Made by a program: the position numbers and the translations under genes. DNA of 64,000 bases from Eledone cirrhosa (lineage: Eukaryota): NCBI GenBank assembly GCA_964016885.1, contig CAXHJY010001747.1, positions 124,001-188,000 on the forward strand, in the 5' to 3' direction. Positions 24,432-40,999 of this stretch are shown one piece after another. Within the stretch, counting starts at the first letter, position 1, and each line of letters opens with the position of its first letter. The notes below the pieces were generated by a model that did not search any database, was not told the origin of the DNA, and worked only from the letters and a program-made list of their open reading frames with translations.

Positions 24432-25299
24432 CAAGTGGAAGCTTAGTAAAATCGAAGCTTTGGCTGTGGCCAAGCTAACGACCTACAATTAGGAATGAGC
24501 AGCAAAGCACTCAATAAGGTAGGCCCTTAGAGTAATAACATACGTTTAGACAGCTTGACAAATTGAAAATTGCGGTAGGCAGACCTAGCCATACAATACC
24601 AAAAACAACGAAAAAACTAATCAGGTTAGACAACTGACCTGGACATATCGAATGATATTTTGCAATACGTCCGATAGGTTTCTATGAAATCCGAAATCCT
24701 CCATCCAGCTTACGTAATATGTAAACCTGTGGTTTTCCATGATCGAACATAGGATTCACGTCATCAACAGGAAATTTCGTTCTATGCCTCAAGCCGGTGT
24801 GGAATGTAACGCAGAACTGCCATCGTTGGCAGCCCTCAGTGTTTCACTGTCACGTGTTATTTCCAACAAGGGAAGTAACCCCGGCTTTTGGCGGGTAAAT
24901 TCAAAGTGTGAACAAAGGAAATCAATTCCGTTCCACATTCCGAATGAAAAGCTCTCGAATAGACGTTATTAAACAAACATAAATAATTAACCAATCAATG
25001 GAATTCTCTAATTAAATTAAGTCTAGGGGATAATAATACAAGTAGAATATATATACCTAAAAAGTGATTGGATTCGAAACCAAGTTTCCTCATTGAAAAT
25101 TCGATGTAATAAACTAAATACACTTTTTCGGCGAAATATATCTTCTAAATTAGTATCTTTATATCGTAACGCATTAAATCTTTGAGTCCATTGTGAATCT
25201 ATTACGAGGTGTATATGGCAGTGTGAATATGTGTGAGTTTTTGCATGTGTAGTATGTATGTCTAGCTGAGTGGGTCCGACAGCCGATAGCTTTGTGTAT

Positions 25300-25316
25300 A
25301 TATCATATATATATTC

Positions 25317-25366
<50 letters not shown>

Positions 25367-25396
25367 ATATAAATATATGATATATATGTATATATA

Positions 25397-25450
<54 letters not shown>

Positions 25451-25451
25451 C

Positions 25452-25498
<47 letters not shown>

Positions 25499-25777
25499 CG
25501 CGGATAATGTTTCTGTGTCATTATGTATGTGTGCATGTACTTGTGATAGTGTGCGTCAGTGTGTATGTGTACAGAAGTGCGTTTCCAAACACCATTATAA
25601 TAATGGGCTAGATAGCTCAAGATTTCAATCAAGAACACAAGAGAACATGGGTCTAGGGTGGGAGGAGAAAAAAATGGAGGTGGAGATAGAAGTCACTTTC
25701 GACTTGTCATCTCATCTTTTCATATCTCACTCACTATCTCTCCAGTCTCTCATCTCTCTTTTTCTCCCCATCTCTCT

Positions 25778-25820
<43 letters not shown>

Positions 25821-26196
25821 CTCCCCTCTCTCTCTTTCTCTCTTTGTCTCATTATGTAGTTTCCACTACTCTTCTTTTCTCACTTCTCGCTTCTCTTCCC
25901 CTTTCAAATATCTCCATCTTGCCACGCTCCCAATTTTTCTATCTAAAACAAATGACAGCTTATCGAATTCGTTCTTGGTCGTTGGTTTAGCCATGCGTGA
26001 CGAGCGTCAGTGAAACCGATGTTTGTCTTGCGTTTGCGTAAACGACCCCCTTAAAAAAAAGATATAATAACAAAAAAGAAGCAACAAACGAACAAAAAAA
26101 AAGAGAAAAAAATGGAACCCAAAACGAAAGTATAAATAAAAGTATTAAAAATATACAGGAGGGGGACATTTAAAGAAATGTGAGTATATATATATA

Positions 26197-26260
<64 letters not shown>

Positions 26261-26274
26261 ATATATATACTTAG

Positions 26275-26305
<31 letters not shown>

Positions 26306-26386
26306 AAGATATATATATTTGATATGGTTGTATGTGTATAATATATATGTCTGTGCGTGTATATATATCTATAATATATAATGTAT

Positions 26387-26421
<35 letters not shown>

Positions 26422-26584
26422 TATACATATATATATACTATATAAATATATATATATATTTATATATATATGTATATATGTATATATGTATATATATATA
26501 AATATATACATATATATATGTGTGTGTGTGTATATCTATATATATGAATGTATATATATACACACGCATATATATATATGTATA

Positions 26585-26663
<79 letters not shown>

Positions 26664-26696
26664 TATATATATATGTATATATATGTATATATGTAT

Positions 26697-26758
<62 letters not shown>

Positions 26759-27135
26759 TATATATTATATATATATACATTATATATTATATATTATATA
26801 TATATACACACACACACATATTATACACATACCACCATATCAAATGTAGAAGGCTAACGACAAGAACACCGTTAAAAAACAAAACAAACGTCAAGTCACT
26901 ATAAACACATACACACATATACATATACACAAATACACACATGTACAGACATACGCACATATATATACACAAATACACACACGTACATACATATGCGCAT
27001 ATATATACACATATACGTAAATACACATATACATACGTGCACACATAGACACAAACAAACGCAAACATACATAAATGCATAGATAATACATACGTAAATA
27101 CATATCTACATACACAATAAACATAACAAAAACAA

Positions 27136-27192
<57 letters not shown>

Positions 27193-27273
27193 TCCGTGAT
27201 CTCTTCTGGACCTATATACCATATTTGCCTGCTTGGATATTTAAGATACACACACACACACACACACACACGC

Positions 27274-27344
<71 letters not shown>

Positions 27345-27387
27345 TATTTATTTATATATACAAGCATATATATGTATGTATATATAT

Positions 27388-27425
<38 letters not shown>

Positions 27426-27653
27426 TTTTATATATATATATATACAAACAAACACATATAGGTATGTGTATATATATATATATATATGTGTACACACATA
27501 TATACATATATACACACATATATGTGTTTGTTTGTGTATATATATATATATATATATGTACACACATATATACATATATACATACATATATGTGTTTGTT
27601 TGTATATGTGTGTGTGTGTACACACATATGTATTATATACATATGTGTTTGTT

Positions 27654-27695
<42 letters not shown>

Positions 27696-27735
27696 AACAC
27701 ACATATATATATACATACACATATATATATGTCTT

Positions 27736-27788
<53 letters not shown>

Positions 27789-27790
27789 GG
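25300..27790. repeat. Extended (TA)n/(CA)n/(CT)n microsatellite field with short unique spacers
   Basis: Direct inspection. Confidence 0.9.
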
Positions 27791-27915
27791 GGCTTTTTCA
27801 AATGGCGGCGGGTGGGATATTTAAACCAACAAATACATGAATAAATAAATAAGGGGAAGTTATTAATCTTAACATTATGATTGTTATTGTCCCTGTTCTT
27901 CTTAATGATATCAAT

Positions 27916-27956
<41 letters not shown>

Positions 27957-28059
27957 AGTATATTTCTTATTATTATCGTTTATATTGTTTATATATATTT
28001 TATATTTTGTTTGTTCTCTTACGAATTCCCCCGAGGTCCTTCTTGTGATCTGTTCGATT

Positions 28060-28770
28060 AGGTGATCTGGTGTTGTTGGTGGTGGTGATGGTGTTGTTGT
28101 TAGTCGTGGTGGTGATGGTCTTGTTGGTGGTGGTGGTGGTGGCGGCGATGTTGGTGTTGTTGACAGTGGTGGTGATTGGTGGTGATGGTGTTGTTGTTGT
28201 TGCTGTTGATGATGGTGATGGTGTTGTTGGCAGTGGTGGTGATGGTGTAGTTGGCGGTAGTGGTGATGGTGTTGTTGTTGTTGGTGGTGGTGGTGACGGT
28301 GTAGTTGGCAGTAGTGGTGATGGTGTTGTTGGTGGTGGTGGTGGTGATGGTGGTGGTGGTGGTGATGGTGGTGATGGTGTTGTTGGCGGTAGTGGTGATG
28401 GTGTTGTTGTTGGTGGTGGTGATGGTGATGGTGTTGTTGGCGGTAGTGGTGATGGTGTTGTTGGTGGTGGTGGTGATGGTGATGGTGTTGTTGGCGGTAG
28501 TGGTGATGGTGTTGTTGGTGGTGGTGGTGATGGTGATGGTGTTGTTGGCGGTAGTGGTGATGGTGTTGTTGGTGGTGGTGGTGATGGTGATGGTGGTGAT
28601 GGTGTTGTTGGCGGTAGTGGTGATGGTGTTGTTGGTGGTGGTGGTGATGGTGGTGGTGGTGATGGCGTTGTTGACAGTGGTAATGGTGGTGTTGTTGGCA
28701 GTGGTGGTGATGGCGTTGTTGTCGGTGGTGCTGTTGTTGGTGTTGTCGGTAATGGTGGTATTGTTGGTGG
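28060..28770. repeat. GGT/GAT/GTT triplet-derived minisatellite with ~51-60 bp higher-order units
   Basis: Recurring gatggtgttgttggcggtagtggtgatggtgttgttggtggtggt. Confidence 0.9.
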
Positions 28771-29040
28771 TCGGCTCCATTAGGAACATATAAACAGAAC
28801 GCCACCGTTATATTCCTGGTGGGAATATGTCTTATAGTAATTGTTTCCGCTTTACCATTATTATTAGACCGAAGTAAATTGAGTGTGGAGCTGGGTGTGT
28901 GTGCGTGTGTTGTTTGTATCTATGTGCCTATGTATATGAAAATATATATATACATGCATGTATATATGCATGTATGTATACACACATATTTATATGCATA
29001 TATACGCATATATATATATATATATATGTGTATGTATGTA

Positions 29041-29107
<67 letters not shown>

Positions 29108-29108
29108 T

Positions 29109-29178
<70 letters not shown>

Positions 29179-29293
29179 TACATATATACATATATATATA
29201 TACATACATACACACATACACACATACACATACATACATATAATATATATGTGTATTATGTATACATATATAGAGTTGTTTATACACACACAC

Positions 29294-29325
<32 letters not shown>

Positions 29326-29465
29326 AAAATCATTGACAAATATAAGTGTGCCTACACGCATGTGCTGTGTAGATCTTGTACCTTCTTTAATTCGTATCAC
29401 CTAAAGTTCGTTGCCTTAATATCATTTCATGATATACAATAATTTGTATCAGAACAGATCGGTAT

Positions 29466-29513
<48 letters not shown>

Positions 29514-29618
29514 AGGCGGGGTGGTGGTGGTGGTCGTCGTTGTTGTCGCCGCCACCGCCGCAGTAGTAGTAGTAGTAGTAGAGTTAATTTCCATTTGTAA
29601 TATATATTCGTGAAGGTA

Positions 29619-29910
29619 GGAAGGCGCGTGGTTTAGTAGTTGGTGTGTTGGGCTCCCGATTATAAGGTTGTGAGTTTGATTCCTGGCAGTGTGCTGTGTT
29701 CTTGAGCAAGACTCTTTATTTCAAGTTGTTCCAGTATATACAGCTGGCAATAATGAATTTTACCTATTATTCAAATTCAAAGGGTCAGCCGTGCCATGCT
29801 CTCTGTTATGCTGAATCTTCATATCCCGAGAAGTACGTTAAGAGTATCCATTAATTTCATGAACAGGATGTTCCGCTTATTCAAACTCTCATTGGAACAC
29901 TCGTTGAAAG
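29619..29910 (+). mobile_element. tRNA-derived SINE (second family)
   Basis: A box tggtttagtagtt, B box gagtttgattcc, then gtgttcttgagcaagac; related copy at 38323. Confidence 0.7.
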
Positions 29911-30093
29911 TCCAAATCAAACACATTGTTAACATACCCCGCCCCCCACCATATATGTACACCATCATCGTCACCGTTTAGCGTCCATTTTTCCATGCTT
30001 GCACGAGTTAAACGGGTCGTCTTCGTCGGGAGACAAGTCTGGCCAGAATTACAGAATTTGCCACGCCTTACCTAGCTCCAACCACAGTTACAG

Positions 30094-30125
<32 letters not shown>

Positions 30126-30851
30126 GAAAAATTAAGCTCTGCCAATGATAGTTTTTAGTCTATATAATATAGGCTAAATTAGGTAGAGTTGTTTATTTGG
30201 AGGTTTTTGTGGATCTATTTCTATCTTCCCTTTTAACCTCTAGCTTCAGACGTCAGAACTGCTGTTTCAAAGCTAAATGCACTCGGAATGTTATTTATAA
30301 TATTAGTGCGTCTTTTTGTTGTGAGATGTTTTGCTGTAATAACACAAGGTATTTCACTTTAATTTTCTTGTAAAAGCCATAAAGCATGTTTTAAGACAAT
30401 ACTTACTGATGAGTTTTTATGTCTAAATTCATTCATTAATTATCTTAATTACCATCTATTTCTTTGCTAGAACAAAATCGCGGTATAAACACGAATTTGT
30501 AGGTGAAATTATATCTTTATTTCAAAATGTAGTTTTTGCTTGCAACACTTACTTTTAATATACTGTACATTTTTGCACCTAAATATAATTTTGGGAAAAT
30601 GAAGCTTTATAAATTATAGTTTGGATCCTATATAGTATTTGAGGTATTTAAGGTGTAATATGACTGAAATTTTAGTCTAATCTTATAAATATATATTTAC
30701 ATGCACATTGGTAACTGTGTTTCGGTGTGTGTGTGTGTATATATATATATACACACACAAATATAATTTCAGTGAGATCGAATTTCGGCGGTGACCAAAT
30801 CAAAACGAAACGCAATCTTCAAGATATGCCGACAAGCGCTCAATGGAGTAG

Positions 30852-32356
<1,505 letters not shown>

Positions 32357-32582
32357 CTCTCTCTTCTTCCTCCAAGCGTGAAACTAATACATTTCTTGTT
32401 ATTGCATCCTCTTGTTTGTTCGTTTTTTGTTTCCTTGATATATATATACATATATATATATATTTTGAGTATATGTTGGTTGTTTACCGACACCTCAGTA
32501 TGCAGTTTGAAGAACTCGACGAAGTACGCAGGTTGGTTTGTTTACTCCGGAGTAATGTAAAATGTTACATATTTGACTTAAT

Positions 32583-32681
<99 letters not shown>

Positions 32682-32702
32682 CATACATACATACAAATAC
32701 AC

Positions 32703-32750
<48 letters not shown>

Positions 32751-33047
32751 TATAAATTATGTCCATAGAATCATTTGATAATATATATACGCCATTTCCT
32801 CTCCCAATTAGCATAATCAACCACACACAAAAAAAAAAACAATTAAACCAGCCTATAAGATTAAAAAGATTAAAAGAAATAATAGATAAATAAACGACAG
32901 CCATCTATTCGCGAGCAACAGCTATAGAATATTTACCCAGCATTTCAATAGCACGTGGAAATCGATTAAATATACCATCAACCATACACAATTAGGTATA
33001 AAATTAAAGTTAGAAGAAAAAAATGCATATACACATACCAGGATTAG

Positions 33048-33129
33048 GTTTCTACCCTTTAGGGTTTCGTTCGCTTTCGGAAATATCCTATCAAGGATAA
33101 ATTCTCGAGCTTCGAACTCATCAGGAAAC
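33048..33129 (-). ncRNA. Type I hammerhead ribozyme with extended stem II, inside a ~470-bp non-coding island (32750-33220) flanked by (TA)n
   Basis: Minus strand: GTTTC-CTGATGA-GTTCG...TATCCT tgat AGGATA...CGAAC-GAA-ACCCT aa AGGGT-A-GAAAC; complete core. Confidence 0.85.
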
Positions 33130-33218
33130 AAACTCACTTGGACAAAGATTTTTCTTAAATGATCCCCGCCAGAAACGAATTCAAAATGGCTAAGAACTGT
33201 GACGTGGCAGTGGTCAAG

Positions 33219-33292
<74 letters not shown>

Positions 33293-33353
33293 GTATATAT
33301 ATACACACATACACATATGTTTATGTATATATATATACATATACACATATGTT

Positions 33354-33389
<36 letters not shown>

Positions 33390-33404
33390 CATACACACAC
33401 ACAC

Positions 33405-33520
<116 letters not shown>

Positions 33521-33664
33521 ATGTATATATATATATATATATATATATACATAAACATATGTGTATATGTATATATATATACATAAACATATGTGTATGT
33601 GTATATATATACATATATATACATAAACATATGTGTATGTGTATATATATACATATATATACAT

Positions 33665-33703
<39 letters not shown>

Positions 33704-33717
33704 CATATATAGGACGA

Positions 33718-33885
33718 GGAGGAGGCATGGCTAAGAGGTTAAGGAGTTCGCTTCGGAACCAGTTGTTACTGGGTTCAGTCACAAATCGTAAGTTTGAGCA
33801 AGTGTCTTATTCTATAGCCGCAGGTTAGCCAATGCCTTATGACTGGAATTTGGTAGATGGAAATTGAAGAAACTCGTCGTATGTG
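33718..33885 (+). mobile_element. tRNA-derived SINE (third family), degenerate
   Basis: ggcatggctaagaggttaag (A box), gggttcagtc (B box), gagcaagtgtctt, ggtagatggaaattgaagaaactcgtcg. Confidence 0.65.
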
Positions 33886-34068
33886 TATATAGATGCGCAT
33901 GTATAAGTATGTTTGTGTTTGTGTCCCGTAATTGAGTGGTTTGACAGAAAGTGATTGAAAAATTAAGTAATAATGACAGACTAAATCAAGGTATTTTAAT
34001 CTAAAGACATTTTTTTCCAATTCCATCCCGTCCGTCCCCTTTATCTATTTTATTTCTCATTCTTTCTT

Positions 34069-34097
34069 CTGATTAAGGACTAGCGTCCGAAACGTTA
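34069..34097 (+). ncRNA. Degenerate minimal Penelope-type hammerhead
   Basis: CTGATTA(a)-GGAC tagc GTCC-GAAACGTT; the core carries a G-to-T change. Confidence 0.5.
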
Positions 34098-34165
34098 ATA
34101 TCAAGTGTTAACATAATATATACCTTCCATATACTGTACCGATTGTGTTGTTATTTCTGTTTCCC

Positions 34166-34262
<97 letters not shown>

Positions 34263-34353
34263 CGTATATATATACCCCACTCTCAATAAGCGGGAACCTA
34301 ATAGCTTTTGTAACTTATACTCAAGTGTTGTTGTTTCTTACTATCCTATATAT

Positions 34354-34502
<149 letters not shown>

Positions 34503-34600
34503 TAAATATATATATATATTAGTGACTGGAGTTCCATGCCTGAGTTAAATTCCAATCATGTGAAAGGATAAGGAATTCAGTTTAAATAACACATTGAATT

Positions 34601-34671
<71 letters not shown>

Positions 34672-35754
34672 AACTTATGTGCATGGATATATGTATATAT
34701 GTATATATATATATATATGAATAAATATATTTTAACACACACACACACGCGCCCGCGCGCGCACACACACAGACGTACATATATATGTATGAATAAATAT
34801 ATTTTAACACCCCCCCCGCGCGCGCGCGCGTGCACACACACACACACACACAGACACAGACGTATATATATATATATATATATGAATAAATATATTTTAA
34901 CATACACACACAGACGTATATATATATATGCACAAGTATGTATATTATGTATGTGTGTTGTTAAATGCGTGTTAGTTCTGGGTGAATGAAAATAGGTACT
35001 CGTGCTGGCGGGTATAGTAGTCATGGTGATGGTGGTGGTCATATTCATGTTAGTGCTGTTGATGTAGCAGCATGCACACGTGTCTGTGCACATGCCTCTC
35101 CGCGTTCGTACGACCGTCGTGTGAGTGATCCGATAGTTCGTTAGCCCGACAAGTTTCTGGAAGGTCGAATGAAACACACAGACAACAGAAAGCCATCCCC
35201 ACCCCACAGAAACACAGACAGAGGCGCAAATATCTACCCCTTTCCATCTCCACACCATACTCCTTCCTTTGCAGTTTAATGTTGATATCATTGGAAATAA
35301 TTGACTCTTTATTGTCCAACTACTACAAGCGTTATCTTATGCCCTCCCCCGCACTATAACACCAAGCAGACATCATCCCCATTTATTCTGACCCTCCCTG
35401 TAACCATCTCCAGGAAAACCAGGAGCCACATTTGTTTCCAGTCGTCAACCATCATTCCAAAATAATGTTTTTTCTTACACGACGACACACTTATGAAGAG
35501 AATAACAACAAAGCAAAACATGTTAAACATTCATATGTAGTGCGCATGCGTAAAACAACATCGGATATGCTTAGTTCACAAGTGATGTCTGTCTGCTAAT
35601 CGATCTACCTCTTTAATTTCACCGTACACACACACGCACGCACACACACACACACACACGCACACACGCACACGCACACATATATACACACACACACTCA
35701 CACCTTTTATTTTAGGTATCTATCTTTTGTGATCCTGTCTCTATTTTTGTACTC

Positions 35755-35930
35755 CTGAAGACGAGCTAAAGCCCGACACATCAAACTTTCTTTCCCCTTT
35801 TCCCTACGAGGCGTGAAACTAATAATACTTTTTGTACCTCTGTTTTGTCGTTTCCTTGAACTATATAGATAGAACTGTTTCATTCAAAGGAAATCATCAG
35901 GAAAGCCTGTAGAAGCCATTTCTATATTAA
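35755..35930. mobile_element. Penelope-like pseudo-LTR remnants
   Basis: Degenerate CTGAAGA..CGACAC motif; gcgtgaaactaata shared with 32376; 35870-35925 is the reverse complement of the 23459-23492 family. Confidence 0.5.
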
Positions 35931-35959
35931 ATATTACACACACACACATATATATATAT

Positions 35960-36845
<886 letters not shown>

Positions 36846-36898
36846 ATACATATAAATATATAAACACACACAGACACACACATATATATATATATGTA

Positions 36899-36958
36899 CA
36901 GTGGCGGACTTGGTCTAAAGATATTGGTTGCCAGGAGATGAAGGGGGCCCACCTACAT
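36899..36958 (+). mobile_element. Terminus-like sequence of a possible hAT-type element; second direct copy at 37827-37880
   Basis: CAGTGGCGGACT.GGTCTAA.ATATTGGTTGCCAG..GATGAAGGGGGCCCACCT occurs twice, each after a TA tract; no matching right end found. Confidence 0.45.
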
Positions 36959-37235
36959 ATAGAATGCTATCATTTAATTTTTATAATGAATAAATAACAT
37001 TTTTGAAAAATACGTAAGTGGAAACAAAACAGTGCAATCAAATTTTTGCACAAAAATATCTTACCTTCTCCAATAAAAATATTATGTATTTGTCGAAATC
37101 CAGAGACTTTCAATAATGACCAGAAGTCGACCTTAAATATTACTAATAGCTCTAGGAAAGCCATGAACGACACCACATCTTTTTAACTTTGATTTTGAAA
37201 GTACGTTTATAATTATCAATTTTCATTATACTGCT

Positions 37236-37344
37236 GTAGCTGTCTCGGTGGCCTAGTTGGAGTAATCATAGACGATGGTGAACCTCGTCTGAAGTTCGAT
37301 CCTGGTCGGGAGTAAGGTTCACACTGAACATTTTCAGTTTTTTT
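37236..37344 (+). ncRNA. tRNA-like Pol III cassette (left member of a convergent pair)
   Basis: A box TGGCCTAGTTGG 37249-60, B box GTTCGATCC 37294-302, T runs 37331-44, TATA-like motif ~30 bp upstream. Confidence 0.5.
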
Positions 37345-37360
37345 CTATTGGTTGTAAAAT

Positions 37361-37462
37361 AAAAACTGAAAAAGGTTACATGTACCGCTTGACCAGGATT
37401 GAACCCAAGGTCAGGATGTCCACCGTCTCAAGTCCATACCGCTTGGCCACCGAGACAACTAC
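37361..37462 (-). ncRNA. tRNA-like Pol III cassette (right member of a convergent pair)
   Basis: Minus strand: TGGCCAAGCGG A box, GGTTCAATCC B box, T5 run; upstream TTTATAAG. Confidence 0.55.
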
Positions 37463-37762
37463 GAAAATCTTATGAAAATTCATACTTATAAACCTACTTT
37501 CAAAATTTTCAAAACAAAGTGTTGTGGTGTCGTTCATGTCTTTCTTAATGTTATTGCTCTTACTTAAGGCCGACTTCTAAATCATTTGGGTGTTCTATAA
37601 ACTACATCCTCGTTTTGTTTCACATCTATCTAGACTATATTTCTGTGGCACCTCATTTCTCCCCCTCCTCTCTCTGTGATATTTGAATCTATTACGATTT
37701 GGGCTTACCTTATTCCTACTTGTTTTTGCATGTCAGTTAGATTCAAACTTACAATGATCGGC

Positions 37763-37807
<45 letters not shown>

Positions 37808-38322
37808 ATATCTATATATATATACACGGTGGCGGACTAGGTCTAACAATATTGGTTGCCAGATGAAGGGGGCCCACCTGGCAACCTGGATTCATCACCA
37901 TGTTTTTCTTTTATATGACAACCCCCCCCCCCAAAAAAAAACATTCAAGAAATCCCATACGTTATAAAATACATAGGATAGATTAGAGTCTCAAAATGTA
38001 AACTAAACGACTAATTCTGGTCCTAAAATAAATTAGCGGAGACAACTCAGAAAGATTACCAATTTTCCACTTCTTCGCTTATTCCCCTCCACCCCATTAT
38101 TTTGGATCCGAGAGTGACGGCTGAAGTGTTTTTATATACATTGCAAAACGTTATTTAAAGTTTTTTGTGGGCAGTATAAATACGCCGACAAAGGAAGTCA
38201 AAGTTAAAATGTGTTGCGTTATTTCATTATATTGTTTTAAGTTTAAATCTTGCTAAGATCAACTTTGAATTTCATTCTTCCGGGGGAAGATACAATAAAA
38301 TACTAGTCATCTTCTAATAATG

Positions 38323-38600
38323 CGGAGATACATGGCTTAGTAGTAAGAGTCTCGGACTTACGATCATAATGTCGTAGGTTCGATTCCTGAGCTGAGTTGT
38401 ATGTTAAGCAAAACACTTCATTTCACGTTGCTCCAATACTCAGTTGAAAATGAGCACCAGCAATAGTTGGGAGTTTAACTCTATGATAGACTGGCGTCCT
38501 GCCTAGTGGTAAATTTTGTACTCTCAGTTGCTTCACGCACCGCTTGACGAGCCTCCTGTCTTGAGACAGACAAGACAAGACTGTACTGGGTTTTAATTTG
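38323..38600 (+). mobile_element. tRNA-derived SINE related to 29619
   Basis: tggcttagtagtaag A box, ggttcgattcc B box, agcaaaacacttcatttcacgttgctcca. Confidence 0.65.
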
Positions 38601-38667
38601 TTTAATTGACTAACTTCTTCCCCTGAGTTTGCAACATCGATCTTCTAACAGGAACCAATGTTGAAGA

Positions 38668-38910
38668 CGGTGGACACCCAGAATCGTTAGAGCATCGGAC
38701 AAAATGTCTTGTGATATATAGTTACGGCTCATTATGTTCTGAGTTCAAATCCTGTCTCGGATCAACAACTTCTTTCATCTTTTTGGGGGGTTCAATAAAA
38801 ATAAAGTACCTGTGAAGTACTTGGTGCCGATGTAATCAACCATGCTACCACCCTCATTCCCACCCATTCTTAATAGTTGGGGGACTTTTGTCTGTGTTAA
38901 AAACATCATT
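38668..38910 (+). mobile_element. tRNA-derived SINE (Meta-domain-like family), older copy
   Basis: gaatcgttagagcatcggac...gagttcaaatcc...aataaagtacc. Confidence 0.7.
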
Positions 38911-39064
38911 ATTACAATTTATTGCCATCAATATTCTGAATAGATTTCGGGTTTTATTGTTTGCGGTGGGTGGGGGGATTCGGAGTGATTGTGTGGGATA
39001 AGGATAGAGTGAAATATAAAAATGAAATACCAAATAAACATACGCACATTTACATGTGCTTCAC

Positions 39065-39104
<40 letters not shown>

Positions 39105-40999
39105 AAACACACTCTCTCTCTCACTCTCATTTTCTCTAACACACACACATACAAACTTGCACACACAAAACACACATTTGCACACACACAAACACTCACA
39201 CACACATACACACACATACACACACATCTGTACACTCACACACATAGGCACTTGTACGCATACGCAAGCAAGCTTAGAAACACACATACACATATACACA
39301 CGCAAATATACATCTACATATATATAAGCATGCTTACACACATACACAGGTATTTGTATACATAAGCACGTACATATACATAAACCGTCTTACACATACA
39401 GACACGTGGACACACAAACAGGCATGTATGTATACACAAATACACACAGGTACACACACACACACTCACACAAACGTACATATACACACACACTCACACA
39501 AATACGTGCATACACTCACACACATACACAGAGGTACGCACAAACGTAAACAGAGAAATATATTCGCAAATGTGCATAAATATATATATACATAGACATA
39601 TATATGCAAGTATATAAAAAAGAAAACGCACACACATACATACATACACACAAGTGTACACATACACAAACGTTACCATACGCACGAACGTACACACATG
39701 CATAAACACACACACACACACAACACACACACAGACATATACGTGCGAATATACACAAACGTACACACACACTACGCGCTTACTCACCCACACAAACATA
39801 CACACACAAACTCACACAGAGCATTCATAAACACACAAATACAAACTTACACACACACACACAGAAACGTACACAAACGTACACACACAGACAGAAATGT
39901 ACGCACACACACAAACGTACACACACACAAACGTATGCACACACATCCAAAGACGTGCAAACAAAGAAGAGACACCCTCAACTAAACTAACACATGGTAT
40001 ACAAGATATGGCACACGGCACACGCCACACGGCACATGGCACACGGCACACACTAAAACTGGCTTCATTTGGTCTTTGTAATTATCTTTCTTCTTTCTTT
40101 TCTTATCATCAAATGTGAAATGAGGATTTCTTTAGAAAGGGAAACAAGTCAAGCATGAAAAATGAAAGTATCGAAGATGACACTGGCATCACATTTGGTT
40201 ATTGTTTCATAAAACAACACCAGCAACCACAGCAAGCACCGTAACCACACCAGCCAACGTGTGACGGGGACATAAGGGAATGGTTGCTTTACATGGTCAC
40301 TTGACCTTGCTAGACATAGTAGCCAAAAACTCACTCAAGCCGCACTTAAATAATATCTTAAATAAGGAAAAGACATATGCCATAAAAGCTGTCTCCTCTC
40401 TACATAACTCTTAAAAAGACACCTCTTCTTCTTCTTTTTCTTCTTGTCCCTTGTTATTCGTTTCACTTCTTTCTTTCTTTCCTTCTTCCTTCCTTTCTTT
40501 CGTGTGTCGTTAATAACAAGAAGAAACAGCTTCCCTTCACAAGTGTAAAGAGGGTTTAGATATAAATGTCCTGGCCTTCTGTATGTTTGTATTGAAACCA
40601 ATTATCTTTTGTTTATAGTTAGAGGATTCTTGTGTTGTTCTTTCTTGCTTTATCCCCCATCCGGCTATTATGGAAGAAGATCGTGATAGTGGACACGGTG
40701 GTATTGGTGATGGTGGTGGTGATGTTGAAGATGGACAGGATCTTTTATTGTTGGAGGTGTTTCAAAGATTTTTAAAGAGCTGAAATCTCCCTCTAAAAAG
40801 AAAAAAGAAAAAAAAAATTAATAATACAAAATAAAAATTATATAAAATATACGAAGAAAGAATCGCCACAGATAAAAAAAGAAAAGAAAAAAAGAAAAAA
40901 AGTGTAACAATAACTCTTTCTAACATATGCATAAAGAACGAAAATGCGACATCCATATGAACGCGTGACCGCCACAAGCCAGCTAAACCTATACTGGTA

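Noticed and set aside
24432-25300. Unique-looking island between TA tracts as a possible exon or element
   Set aside because: No recognisable protein motif, terminal repeats or complete ribozyme core found by eye.
27798-28805. His/Gln-rich, Gly-rich and Thr-rich ORFs
   Set aside because: Triplet-derived repeat open in four frames; no splice or domain support, although an exon cannot be strictly excluded.
37766-37806. (TATC)n tract as a sign of another Tx1 insertion
   Set aside because: No Tx1 3' terminus upstream; it is an unoccupied tract.
40009-40052. (GGCACAC)n heptamer run
   Set aside because: Short simple repeat with no associated structure.
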